Shown piece after piece: positions 8,723-18,125 of a stretch of 64,000 nt of DNA. This DNA comes from a virus. The notes under the pieces were generated by a model. The model searched no databases. It had not been told where the DNA came from and saw nothing but the letters and a program-made list of their open reading frames with translations. Every line of letters begins with the position of its first letter. Position 1 is the first letter of the stretch. The DNA lies in the IMG/VR virus record IMGVR_UViG_3300025138_000016; one strand, written 5' to 3'. The translations under genes and the position numbers were made by a program.

Positions 8723-9238
8723 TTAGGAGTTAGTGCGTAAGTATTCTAAAACACTCTCAGCAGACGACACTTCAAATGGATCAGCAGGATGATCATCCTC
8801 TTGACCTTCTTCTTCTAGCATCTTTTCAAGCAAGCCGTTTTCAATAACAGCAGCATATCTCCAGCTTCTAATTCCGAAGCCGAGATTATCTTTAGCAACA
8901 GCCATACCCATTGAGTATGTAAAGTCACATGAACCGTCAGGTAACATCTTAACATTCTTAATACCAAGATGAGTAGCCCATGCTTTCATAACAAATGGAT
9001 CATTAACAGATAGGCAATACACCTCATCTACATAGTCCATCATATCTTCATACAGCTCATCAAAGCCTGGTAGCTGAAGATTAGAACAAGTAGGAGTAAA
9101 TGCGCCAGGTAGTGCAAATAATACTACTCTTTTATTAGCAAAGAGATCATAAGATGTCTTACTGACAAACTCACCCTCTTCTCTAAATTTGAAACTTACA
9201 GCTGGTACAGCATCACCTTCATATAACATCTTCATCAC
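8723..9238 (-). CDS. peroxiredoxin (Prx5/redoxin type); true start may be 9235 or 9229
   Basis: LPGAFTPTCS active site; SVNDPFVM; GFGIRSWRY. Confidence 0.94.
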   Translation of the reverse strand: MMKMLYEGDAVPAVSFKFREEGEFVSKTSYDLFANKRVVLFALPGAFTPTCSNLQLPGFDELYEDMMDYVDEVYCLSVNDPFVMKAWATHLGIKNVKMLPDGSCDFTYSMGMAVAKDNLGFGIRSWRYAAVIENGLLEKMLEEEGQEDDHPADPFEVSSAESVLEYLRTNS

Positions 9239-9911
9239 CTTTATTAAAATTAGAATTCGTTTCAGTAGCTACGAAATATTCTAGCTTACATCCTTCAGTA
9301 TTAATAGACGTAAACTTAGCAATACCTTTAGCTGATACTTCAATAAGATAGCTTAGGTTTAATAGCTTTAAGTTCTCTACTTTAAATATAAAAGTAAACT
9401 CATCATCAGTCTCACCTATCTCAGATGAATAAACATCTGCAGTAGGGTTCTTAGAATCAATAGCACTTATATATACTTCACCTGAACTACCTATAAGAGC
9501 AATCTCAGGTAGCTGCATTACAGCAGCTGCTTTTAGTACTTGTGATATCTCAGACCACGATGCGGTTACAGATACTTCTGGATCAGGAAAAGATATATCC
9601 TTTTCAGGAGGAGTAACTATCATCTGCGGATCAGCGAATGTATAATTAATCTTTCTCTTCTCTTTCTCTACAGTTACTTTACTGTTATGGAATACTAGAT
9701 TAGGAGCTTCGAATAGAGATAGCACACCCATAAACCTATTCAGATCATAGATAGCACCATCACTAGGAATAGCTTCATCAATAGTAGCTTTCGCCATTAC
9801 AGTCTTTTGAGGACTTACCGTTCTTAATTCATGACCAGCTTTAAACTGAATCGATGGATTAATCTGCGAGAAGTTTTTTAATACGTTAGCCGTCGCTTCA
9901 CTTAATTGCAT
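9219..9911 (-). CDS. gp45: sliding clamp (gp45)
   Basis: MQLSEATANVLKNFSQINPSI...AIYDLNRF...FKVENLK. Confidence 0.95.
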   Translation of the reverse strand: MQLSEATANVLKNFSQINPSIQFKAGHELRTVSPQKTVMAKATIDEAIPSDGAIYDLNRFMGVLSLFEAPNLVFHNSKVTVEKEKRKINYTFADPQMIVTPPEKDISFPDPEVSVTASWSEISQVLKAAAVMQLPEIALIGSSGEVYISAIDSKNPTADVYSSEIGETDDEFTFIFKVENLKLLNLSYLIEVSAKGIAKFTSINTEGCKLEYFVATETNSNFNKGDEDVI

Positions 9912-9926
9912 AATATAATTATAACC

Positions 9927-10931
9927 TTACTTAGGATTCGTTGCAACTTTCTTTTTCTTTAACTTCTTTTCATCAGCGGTTGCACTAGCGCCAATAGAAG
10001 CCAGATCAGCTAGTGATCCACCGAATACATATGAACCTACATGCTGTAATTGCATCCAAGGACATAGCCATATATTCATATCTAAATTATTAACCCATTG
10101 ACAGAACATATAATCTTCTGAAAGGTATCTATTAGTATAGGTCTCTCTTGCGATACCAGTACGTTTTTGATCAGCAGATAAGAATGACTTAACTTCGTCA
10201 GGAGTAGCTTCTGGATTAGCTTCAAAGAAAGCTTCCATCTCTTGTTCTAAGTTTTGATACTTATCATCAATAAGAGCATCAAAGTAGGCCATGATCTCTC
10301 TACTGCCATCGAACTCAGCTGTTCTTACATGGTCAGGCTTATACATAAGGTTAGGATAAGCTTCGTTATATCTCTCAAATGTCTCTCTACGAATCATCAT
10401 GAAGCCAGTTCCACCTTCTAATACCTTAGCAGGCATATCTAGTTTAATCTGGTTACCACCCTCTTTAGGATTGAATACATAGTCACCTACATACTTACCT
10501 AACACTTCTGGGTCTTCATCAGCTACACCTTTATCAACAGCATGCTTAATTTTTTCCCATGAAATACATTTCTTAGGATATGGTCCGCACATTACATCAT
10601 GAGGGTTACCATCATTCAGTTCATCATGTCCGTCTATCATTGCTAGCATAGCAATAACATCATTAGCGTTAAAGCCAATATCACTATCAATAAACATCAA
10701 GTGAGTACAATCAGATCTCATAAACTCATCTGCACAATAGTTACGTGCTCTTGTGATAAGAGATTCATTAAAAAGATAGTAGAATTTTATCTCAATGCCG
10801 TAAGCTTTAGCTAGCGCTGATAAGTCGTTAGTCGACTTACAGAACATTCCTGCACATTGACCACCGTACATCGGTGCTGCAACGAAGAGCTTTTTAGTTC
10901 TAAGTTCTTCTATTTGAATTTGTATATTCAT
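9927..10931 (-). CDS. GT-A fold glycosyltransferase-like protein
   Basis: PMYGG..ESLITRARN..HLMFIDSDI (DxD)..GTGFMMI..YLSEDYMFC. Confidence 0.75.
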   Translation of the reverse strand: MNIQIQIEELRTKKLFVAAPMYGGQCAGMFCKSTNDLSALAKAYGIEIKFYYLFNESLITRARNYCADEFMRSDCTHLMFIDSDIGFNANDVIAMLAMIDGHDELNDGNPHDVMCGPYPKKCISWEKIKHAVDKGVADEDPEVLGKYVGDYVFNPKEGGNQIKLDMPAKVLEGGTGFMMIRRETFERYNEAYPNLMYKPDHVRTAEFDGSREIMAYFDALIDDKYQNLEQEMEAFFEANPEATPDEVKSFLSADQKRTGIARETYTNRYLSEDYMFCQWVNNLDMNIWLCPWMQLQHVGSYVFGGSLADLASIGASATADEKKLKKKKVATNPK

Positions 10932-10933
10932 TC

Positions 10934-11374
10934 TTAGCTTTCTACCTTCATTACGATTAAGTCAGCAACGTTAGTTCCAGGTTGGAAGAAACACTCACCG
11001 CCGTTAGCAATTAACTGACCGGAAATAAGACCTTTAAAGCCGGGCTCTAACATGGTAGTAGGTATACTACAACCACCAGCTTGTAATTGCTTATTAACAA
11101 TCATCATTCCGACATGACCTTCTGGTATATTAGCATATACATCAGATGTAAACTCGTACGTTCCTGGGAACATATGATAGATCTCTCTTTCTTTATCAGG
11201 GTCACCTGGGTCAATCATAGTTTGAAGCTCATAAGTCTCTCTAGCGAGCTCTTGATCGTCATTAATAACAAATGGGTTACCTTGATAACCTTTAATTGTC
11301 TTTGCGCTAATTGGTACTGAGTAACTTGTACCTTCGTCTGCACCATTTACTAGTGCTGTTGGATCTACTAACAT
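10934..11374 (-). CDS. degenerate dUTPase/dCTP deaminase-fold paralogue
   Basis: Aligns by eye with the upstream gene (PGTYEF, IPEGHVGMM, LEPGFKG) but lacks its RS motif. Confidence 0.6.
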   Translation of the reverse strand: MLVDPTALVNGADEGTSYSVPISAKTIKGYQGNPFVINDDQELARETYELQTMIDPGDPDKEREIYHMFPGTYEFTSDVYANIPEGHVGMMIVNKQLQAGGCSIPTTMLEPGFKGLISGQLIANGGECFFQPGTNVADLIVMKVES

Positions 11375-11875
11375 TTATTTCTCCTGTTTATATTTTTTAT
11401 CATGCTCTTTGCCTAAACCATAATCACCATCATACATTGAGAGTGATTCAGCCTCGAATAATAAGAACTGACCGAGTCGAGTTCCTTCTTTAGTTTTAAA
11501 TGGTCCAGAAGTGACATGTAGAGCCCCTGCCATTATACCCTGATAACCAGAGTCGTAAAGTCCTGAAGTTAAATAGACACCATTTCTATTCAACGTTGAT
11601 CTAGTAATAACAAAGCCCGCTTCACCTTCAGCTATGCTGACGATATTCTTAAACGTAACTTCGTAAGTACCAATCGGTAAATTGTAGTATCCATCTGCGC
11701 CTGACGCGACTTCAACTGAACCTCTATGCTGCTTCTTATCTTCATCAATAAGAAACTCAGAGTCATTTATAGAAAATATTTTATCTAATCTTAGATCTAC
11801 TGCATTAGGTTGAATGTCTTTAGGTTCGACATTAGTAAGGGAGGATGTATTTTTTTCACTTGCGATATTAATCAT
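11375..11875 (-). CDS. dUTPase/dCTP deaminase family protein
   Basis: QPNAVDLR, RSTLNRNG, GLYDSGYQG, RLGQ motifs of the trimeric dUTPase fold. Confidence 0.88.
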   Translation of the reverse strand: MINIASEKNTSSLTNVEPKDIQPNAVDLRLDKIFSINDSEFLIDEDKKQHRGSVEVASGADGYYNLPIGTYEVTFKNIVSIAEGEAGFVITRSTLNRNGVYLTSGLYDSGYQGIMAGALHVTSGPFKTKEGTRLGQFLLFEAESLSMYDGDYGLGKEHDKKYKQEK

Positions 11876-12510
11876 TATATACTACCAAAATAATAAGGGT
11901 TTTCTTTAGTACTAAAACTACTTATATGATATAGTTCATTCCTCTCAAAGTCAATCCTGAAAGCCTTATTAGGTTCAGTAGGACTACTTCCTGGGAACTT
12001 AGTACTGGATATATTTAGCTGATCATCTATGAACATAGGTGATATTTCATTACGAAAAATAAATATTTCACCTTCGTCATATTGAAGACAACTATAAGTA
12101 CCATCAACATTATCCAATTGTCGATAGCCATGAGAAATAGCTTCATGTATTAAAGCTGTATCCCATTCAAGGTCAGATTCATATGTCTTCTTTAGAGACT
12201 TAATACAATCTTCCTTTATAATACCGTTGTGCCATAGAAGATCTGCTCCTTCCCTTCGTACGCTAGGGTGGATACTTTCTATGGCCGAAGCTGCGGTAGT
12301 AGGTGCCTGGATGTGTGCTACATAATACATCCCTCGTTCGGTCTCCAGACCGTCTAATGAGAATGGCCCCATACATTTTCGCTTCGTAACCAATTCTTTC
12401 GTTTTCAGACTATATTCCGATAACGAATGTGAGTGCTGACCTCTGTAAGCATTAAGTTCAGCTAACTCTAATAGTTTATCTAATTCTCTACTGCCAAATA
12501 TTGCGCACAT
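11875..12510 (-). CDS. class II (Ntn) glutamine amidotransferase, probable QueC partner
   Basis: N-terminal MCAIFG nucleophile, RG, HNGII, DT motifs; adjacent to queC. Confidence 0.85.
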   Translation of the reverse strand: MCAIFGSRELDKLLELAELNAYRGQHSHSLSEYSLKTKELVTKRKCMGPFSLDGLETERGMYYVAHIQAPTTAASAIESIHPSVRREGADLLWHNGIIKEDCIKSLKKTYESDLEWDTALIHEAISHGYRQLDNVDGTYSCLQYDEGEIFIFRNEISPMFIDDQLNISSTKFPGSSPTEPNKAFRIDFERNELYHISSFSTKENPYYFGSI

Positions 12511-12513
12511 AAT

Positions 12514-13272
12514 TTAAATATATTGTTGAGTTATTTTAATCCAATCAAAGCCTTCTACATATTCAATAGGATCGGCTCGATCAGCTTTTACAAAGTTCAT
12601 GATTCTTTCGGCACAAGTTGGACAGGTACCGCACGATTTACCATCTACTGGATTATAACATGAAATCGTATTAGAAAGCAACTCGAATTGTTCCATTTCA
12701 ATCGCAAGATCAATCTCTTGCTTTTTACTTAACTGGCTAAATGGAGCTACTATCTCAACACTATGCGTTCTATTTTGTTCAGCAACGTTATTTAGGCTAT
12801 CTACAAAGCGCTGAGACGTATCCCAATACCCATACTCGTCATGAACTTGAAGTCCAGTAAACACATGAGAGGCTTTCTTTACTTCAGCTAAAGACATAGT
12901 CATCGATAACATAATTAAATTCCTAAAAGGTACGTAAGTAGGTGGTTGCGGATCACCTAATACATCTTGTATAGTAGGCATAGTGATATCAGTACCACCA
13001 ATATTAGCTGACATCGGTCTAGCTATATCACCTAGTACATTTAAGTCTAATATCCTATGACGTATACCTAACTTATTACATAAAGCAAAAGCTCTTTCTA
13101 ACTCTACTCTCTGCTTCTGACCATAGTCATAGCTTACAGCAGACACTCGCTCTGCACCGTACTTGGCGACCAGTAACATAGTTACTACAGATGAATCTAA
13201 ACCACCTGAGAGCACAGCTAATACATTCTTATCTGTATTCGGTAGACTATCTAATGCTTCTTGTAATGTCAT
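12514..13272 (-). CDS. queC: 7-cyano-7-deazaguanine (preQ0) synthase
   Basis: SGGLDS, YGQKQ, TYVPFRN, SCY...CGTCPTC; start moved to MTLQEAL. Confidence 0.96.
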   Translation of the reverse strand: MTLQEALDSLPNTDKNVLAVLSGGLDSSVVTMLLVAKYGAERVSAVSYDYGQKQRVELERAFALCNKLGIRHRILDLNVLGDIARPMSANIGGTDITMPTIQDVLGDPQPPTYVPFRNLIMLSMTMSLAEVKKASHVFTGLQVHDEYGYWDTSQRFVDSLNNVAEQNRTHSVEIVAPFSQLSKKQEIDLAIEMEQFELLSNTISCYNPVDGKSCGTCPTCAERIMNFVKADRADPIEYVEGFDWIKITQQYI

Positions 13273-13463
13273 GTTAGTAATTGTTTCACTCCGAGTACGT
13301 AATTCTCTGCCGCATCTTCTGCCCATGCTTCTGATTTGCCAGGATACATTTCTTGTTTAACTTCAGCACCATCTACAAAGAAGGTACACCCATATACTCC
13401 GCCTTCAAAGATAACTCTCGCCATCTTATTAGCATCAACGTATTCGCTTAAAAATTGAGCCAT
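13269..13463 (-). CDS. hypothetical protein
   Basis: 64 aa, KSEAWAEDAAENYVLG; overlaps queF and queC. Confidence 0.7.
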   Translation of the reverse strand: MAQFLSEYVDANKMARVIFEGGVYGCTFFVDGAEVKQEMYPGKSEAWAEDAAENYVLGVKQLLT

Positions 13464-14395
13464 TATTGCCTCGCTGTTTTTCTATGAGGCTCATCGCTAT
13501 CAACTAAACCTAATGCATAAGCATCTATAAGGTCTTGCGACGTCGCTCTAATAGGGTTAATATCAATACCACCACGTCTAGTATATAGACATGCTACTAA
13601 AATTTCTGTATCGTCAGCAAGCATATCTTTTAATCTCTTAAATACACACTCACAAATCTCTTCATGGAAGTGATTCTCTTTTCTCATACTAACAATATAA
13701 CGCATTAACGATTCAGGCGTTACACAATCTTCACCACTAATGTGGATATAGATATCACCCCAATCAGGCTGGTTAGTAATCCTACAGTTAGATCTTAGAG
13801 CACTAGAGGTAACTTGGAAAGGCATAAAGCCTAACATAGGAGCTCTATCTAAAGTATCAGGGCTCTCTTCGTACTCAATGAACTCAATATCTTCTACTTC
13901 AATAAGAGATTCTAATCTTACAAAGTGACCAGTAATAGGAGCTACAGGTAGCTCGTTCTGCTCATCATAATGAAACGATACATCTATCTCACATTCCAAA
14001 GCTTCAGTTAAGTCTGTAGTAATCTTTCTCTCTACATTTCGTATAGCATTAGTAATGGTACTACCCATCTTATGCATATTGTATGAGTTCATATATAACT
14101 TAAGTGACTTAGACTCAACAATACATTCACTATCAGAAGGGTATACTAATTTAACTACACCGCTAACAGGAAAGCCATTCTCTAATAGGAATGATACTTC
14201 ATAACAATTCCAAGAGTCAAAGCCTACGAATGGTAAGTCATCGTCATCTATCTTATATTCTGTTCTATTAAGTACTCTAGGTACAGGTACAAGTAAACTA
14301 CTATCAGCTCTATCAGGAGTAACATAAGGGTTAACTATGCTCCCGTCACCAGCTTTACCTAAGTGCTTACTTACAATTCTATCTAATTCTTTCAT
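13463..14395 (-). CDS. queF: NADPH-dependent preQ0 reductase (two-domain QueF)
   Basis: WNCYEVS, VESKSLKLYMNS, SNCRITNQPDWG, HFHEEICE, YTRRGGIDINP. Confidence 0.95.
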   Translation of the reverse strand: MKELDRIVSKHLGKAGDGSIVNPYVTPDRADSSLLVPVPRVLNRTEYKIDDDDLPFVGFDSWNCYEVSFLLENGFPVSGVVKLVYPSDSECIVESKSLKLYMNSYNMHKMGSTITNAIRNVERKITTDLTEALECEIDVSFHYDEQNELPVAPITGHFVRLESLIEVEDIEFIEYEESPDTLDRAPMLGFMPFQVTSSALRSNCRITNQPDWGDIYIHISGEDCVTPESLMRYIVSMRKENHFHEEICECVFKRLKDMLADDTEILVACLYTRRGGIDINPIRATSQDLIDAYALGLVDSDEPHRKTARQ

Positions 14396-14923
14396 TTAAC
14401 TAATTACCTTTAAAACTTGATCTACTCTTTCTCTTACTGAGCCTGATACCGTAATATGTTCTCTAGGTAACTCAGTAATAAAGCCTTCAAATAGATCGCT
14501 TATTTCATCTCTGAAGTCAAGACTTATAGATCTTACTCCGTCATCAACTATATCAAACTCAGGTCTAATATAAAAAATATAATCATAACTACTAACTAAT
14601 CTATCATAGATAGCTTTAACCTTATCTAAAGTCTTCTTACTTACTTTATTATGATTATGTAAGTATGCAGTATAAACTAATCCATCTAAAGCAGTACGAT
14701 CAGTTAACATATGATCATACATAAACACATTAGCGATATGCTTCTGCATAATAAGTATCTGAGTTAGATCAGAACCAGCTTCATTTATATCAAAGCCCAT
14801 CTCTTTAATCTCTCTCGTCACTTCGTCACAAACAGTATACTGACTTAGCATCCTCTCAGATCTAAGAGCATTAAGTAAAGTAGTCTTACCTACTGATTGC
14901 GCTCCAGTAATACCTATTCTCAT
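14396..14923 (-). CDS. P-loop nucleotide kinase (AAA_28/thymidylate-kinase-like)
   Basis: GAQSVGKTT Walker A, DRTALD, DDGVR. Confidence 0.8.
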   Translation of the reverse strand: MRIGITGAQSVGKTTLLNALRSERMLSQYTVCDEVTREIKEMGFDINEAGSDLTQILIMQKHIANVFMYDHMLTDRTALDGLVYTAYLHNHNKVSKKTLDKVKAIYDRLVSSYDYIFYIRPEFDIVDDGVRSISLDFRDEISDLFEGFITELPREHITVSGSVRERVDQVLKVIS

Positions 14924-15429
14924 AATTTACCTACAAAAAATATTTGCCATAACTTAACAGCCTCATGCCTTAAGTCTTCAGTTAATTCATCTACAGTAGT
15001 ACCTTTATGAATAATATAATCACTAAACAGTTCAGGAGTACCACCGTCAACAGTATCATCTACTCTATGAATAAGTACACCAGTACTTTCTAATCCAAGC
15101 TCAATAGCTTTCTTCTGAGGATGAATACCTTTTAATTCAGGATACTTAAATATGTCACCAGGATGCACATTATAAATCTTAGCTTTAATCTCAGAAGCTT
15201 TAAGAAGTCTCCAATACCCATGTAAGGTAACTAGAGTATCTTCATGAAGGTTCTTTAATAAGCATTCTATTTCTTTAGCAGGAGATATCTGAACAGAGCT
15301 CAGTCTTTTATCCCAATCAGTACGTACTTCATCACAAAGAACGAGATCAGGCTCAATGCCTATTTTATCTATAACCTCAGCTAACTCTTTACCCGAGTTG
15401 CTGAACAACGCTACCCATTTCTTCATCAA
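14920..15429 (-). CDS. PurN-like formyltransferase, probably DpdN-type preQ1 formyltransferase
   Basis: ALFSNSG, LHGYWR, YNVHPG, GVLIHRV, VDGG; embedded in the que cluster. Confidence 0.8.
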   Translation of the reverse strand: MMKKWVALFSNSGKELAEVIDKIGIEPDLVLCDEVRTDWDKRLSSVQISPAKEIECLLKNLHEDTLVTLHGYWRLLKASEIKAKIYNVHPGDIFKYPELKGIHPQKKAIELGLESTGVLIHRVDDTVDGGTPELFSDYIIHKGTTVDELTEDLRHEAVKLWQIFFVGKL

Positions 15430-16216
15430 TATTTGCCCTGAATTTCATTATATTATAGAAGACTTTCGCTGCATTTTCAACAGGTTCTTCCATTAGTTCA
15501 AATAGCTTAACAGACTCTTTATCTTCTAGTCCGAATACACCATCAGTTTCAACATAATCTATACCCATCATACCATGTATAACAGGATTAGACGTATCAA
15601 TAGTATCGATGAAGTCATAGTCTTTACCTTTATAGAGAGCAAACTCCTGAGGTAAACCACAACCTAATAAATGATGAGGCTTATTATAATTAATAGCCTT
15701 CTCTTTAATAAGTAGATCAATTAAATGCTTTCTACCTTTCATCCAGCTATGATACTTAGTCGGCTCATCAGGATATATTTCCTCGAACCAACTATAATCA
15801 AATGAGATAGCAATAATGTCTGCCTCACTAGCCATAAACTTATAACAGTCAACAATCTCTTGCTCTGTCTTACCTTGAACAACTCCAATCTTAGACCCTT
15901 TTAAGTCTTCGTACTTAGACATCCAGCTGTTCCAATTAGCGATAGTACCATCAATGTCTTCTAATACATCTGGTACTATATAAGCAGAAGGTTTGAGCTG
16001 CTTACACCATGCCGCAAAGTCATCAGCATCGAATGCTGTACCTAGTTCAAAGATACTATTATCTAATATAATATATCTACCAGCTTTCTTCGCATCAATA
16101 AAATGATTATAGTAAGTTCTATTCTCTTCAAACAGATGAACTAAAGCATAATCGTAATCAGTTACTTTTGATACTTGCTTTATAATCTCTAAAGGTGCTT
16201 CGTGGGCTACTCTCAT
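15389..16216 (-). CDS. TGT-fold deazaguanine insertion enzyme, probably DpdA3-type
   Basis: TGT/DpdA-like motifs LDNS, VPD, GVVQG, HHLLG, DTSNP; lies between folE and the formyltransferase. Confidence 0.75.
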   Translation of the reverse strand: MRVAHEAPLEIIKQVSKVTDYDYALVHLFEENRTYYNHFIDAKKAGRYIILDNSIFELGTAFDADDFAAWCKQLKPSAYIVPDVLEDIDGTIANWNSWMSKYEDLKGSKIGVVQGKTEQEIVDCYKFMASEADIIAISFDYSWFEEIYPDEPTKYHSWMKGRKHLIDLLIKEKAINYNKPHHLLGCGLPQEFALYKGKDYDFIDTIDTSNPVIHGMMGIDYVETDGVFGLEDKESVKLFELMEEPVENAAKVFYNIMKFRANIDEEMGSVVQQLG

Positions 16217-16428
16217 TCAAAATATCCTTCTAATACCTCGATCTTATCATGCAGCTCTGCAATCTTACCGAGTTCGCCGTCTATTGTTTCTAGTAAGTCA
16301 GGATGCTCAGCAACACCGACTCCTTTCTGCATTAAATTTTCAACATTAATAATATGTTGACCGATAACAGAAGTATAATATTGCTTCTGTACACTAATAA
16401 TTTTATCTCTCATGTCCTTATCTAACAT
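16213..16428 (-). CDS. small conserved-type phage protein
   Basis: 71 aa, NVENLMQKGVGVAEHPD; overlaps both neighbours. Confidence 0.75.
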   Translation of the reverse strand: MLDKDMRDKIISVQKQYYTSVIGQHIINVENLMQKGVGVAEHPDLLETIDGELGKIAELHDKIEVLEGYFE

Positions 16429-17183
16429 TATTTACTCGCAAATTGTTGCTGTATCATAATGTCGTCAAAGAACTCTTTCTTAACATCAGGCTCGTTAAAT
16501 CTACCTTTAAGTACAGTAGTCTGCGTTAAAGATGAATGAGCCATAATGCCTCTGTTCTCACAACAACCATGCGTAGCGTGAATATATACAGCTAGGTCTT
16601 CAGTACCAGTAGCTGCATGCAGCTCTTTAACGATAGCATTACATAGTTCTTCTTGTAATGTACCTCTACGAGCTACCCATTGAGCGATTCTTGTATACTT
16701 AGATAAACCAATAACTTTACCATTAGGTATAATACCAATATAGGCAGTTCCTACAACAGGTTGATGATGATGAGAGCAAACAGATCTTAGTTCAGATCTT
16801 ACTACTAACATACCTTCATACTTGTCAGGTCCATCATTAGGGAATGCAGTCGCAGCAGGCTTATCAGTATACCTACCAGCCATAAGCTCATTGATATACA
16901 TCTTAGCTAGACGTCTAGGAGTACCCATCGCGTTAGGATCGTTCCTCCAATCAATTAAAAGTCTATGCAGTACTTCTTCGAAAGCTTCTGCTACTTCATC
17001 AATAAGATTCTCTCTTCCAGCGTCAGTCATTATCTGAGCTATATTATCATTAGACCAGGCACGTAGACCGTCTTTATGTATTAGGTTCCAATACAATTCA
17101 TGCACTTTATTCTCGCTTGAATCATGTTGATGATAAGTATCGTTTTTTATTACAGGAGCAGTTCTTGCTTTAATATTTTCCAT
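16428..17183 (-). CDS. folE: GTP cyclohydrolase I
   Basis: TPRRLAKMY, SVCSHH, GLSKYTRI, LQEEL, HGCCENRG. Confidence 0.96.
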   Translation of the reverse strand: MENIKARTAPVIKNDTYHQHDSSENKVHELYWNLIHKDGLRAWSNDNIAQIMTDAGRENLIDEVAEAFEEVLHRLLIDWRNDPNAMGTPRRLAKMYINELMAGRYTDKPAATAFPNDGPDKYEGMLVVRSELRSVCSHHHQPVVGTAYIGIIPNGKVIGLSKYTRIAQWVARRGTLQEELCNAIVKELHAATGTEDLAVYIHATHGCCENRGIMAHSSLTQTTVLKGRFNEPDVKKEFFDDIMIQQQFASK

Positions 17184-17206
17184 ATGTATATTATATCCTA
17201 TTTTAC

Positions 17207-17662
17207 TTATGAATTCAAGTCTCTTTGATAGATAGCGCTATTAGCTCCGTGCTCAGCTACCTCGCAGGATTCAACCCAGCATCTACCATCTGACTTATCG
17301 TTAATTAATTTCTGAGCAAAGTTAAAAGCATGCTCAGCAAACTTCTCGGCACCTACGCCATCGAATATTCTAATCTCAGCTAGACCTATCTCTTCTAGAT
17401 GCTCTAACTCGCTTCGCATAGGGTCAGCTTTATCGACAACAGTCTTATGATCAAAGCTATCTTCGAGCCATCTCTTTAGGTCTTTTAGACCGCCAAAGTC
17501 AACTGCCCAGTTCTTATTATCAAGCTCATGACAACCGAATTTAAAAGTAAAGGCAAGGCTATAACCGTGCAGTAAATGACAATGCGAATGATCAGCATTA
17601 GGTTGACGGAACACTGCGCTTAAGCCAATGTTATGTCCGTAGTGTTTAGTACTATAGTACAT
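17207..17662 (-). CDS. queD: 6-carboxytetrahydropterin synthase
   Basis: HCHLLHGY, VDFGGLK, FDH, AEKFA, EHGANSA. Confidence 0.94.
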   Translation of the reverse strand: MYYSTKHYGHNIGLSAVFRQPNADHSHCHLLHGYSLAFTFKFGCHELDNKNWAVDFGGLKDLKRWLEDSFDHKTVVDKADPMRSELEHLEEIGLAEIRIFDGVGAEKFAEHAFNFAQKLINDKSDGRCWVESCEVAEHGANSAIYQRDLNS

Positions 17663-18125
17663 CTTTATCCTCCCACCAGAAGTTTATCCATCTCTCGTCT
17701 TCATTACGAGAAATAGTTTTATGAAAAAAATCAGGCATAATATCCTGATCCGTATTTAAATATAGACAAGCAATGGATAAGTTCTCTTTAGGAAAGTCTC
17801 CAAACGTTTCTATAACTTGCGACAGAGTAGTCCCTGTATCAATTAGGTCATCAACTAATAATATATTTTGCCCTGCATTCATATCAGCAGGTATAGTTTC
17901 ATTGATCTCTTTATCCTCAAAGTCTCTTGTTGACCAAGTTAATGGTACAAGAGGTATCTCAAGAATGTATGATAGTCTAACCGCGAGTGGAAGTCCACCT
18001 CTTGCTAATCCAACTATCTTATCGTAATTAGTTCCTACAGCATTTATATTATTTACTAACGAAGTTATACCTTCATCGAAATCCTTTTTACTGTACTCTA
18101 TTTCTTTATTATCTTTTCCAAACAT
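17652..18125 (-). CDS. purine phosphoribosyltransferase (Gpt-like)
   Basis: GLARGGL; PRPP-binding ILLVDDLIDTGTT; WINFWWE. Confidence 0.9.
   Translation of the reverse strand: MFGKDNKEIEYSKKDFDEGITSLVNNINAVGTNYDKIVGLARGGLPLAVRLSYILEIPLVPLTWSTRDFEDKEINETIPADMNAGQNILLVDDLIDTGTTLSQVIETFGDFPKENLSIACLYLNTDQDIMPDFFHKTISRNEDERWINFWWEDKDVL

Noticed and set aside
14920-15429. Ordinary purN purine-synthesis gene
   Set aside because: No other pur genes in the window, and it overlaps the TGT-fold gene inside the deazaguanine cluster.
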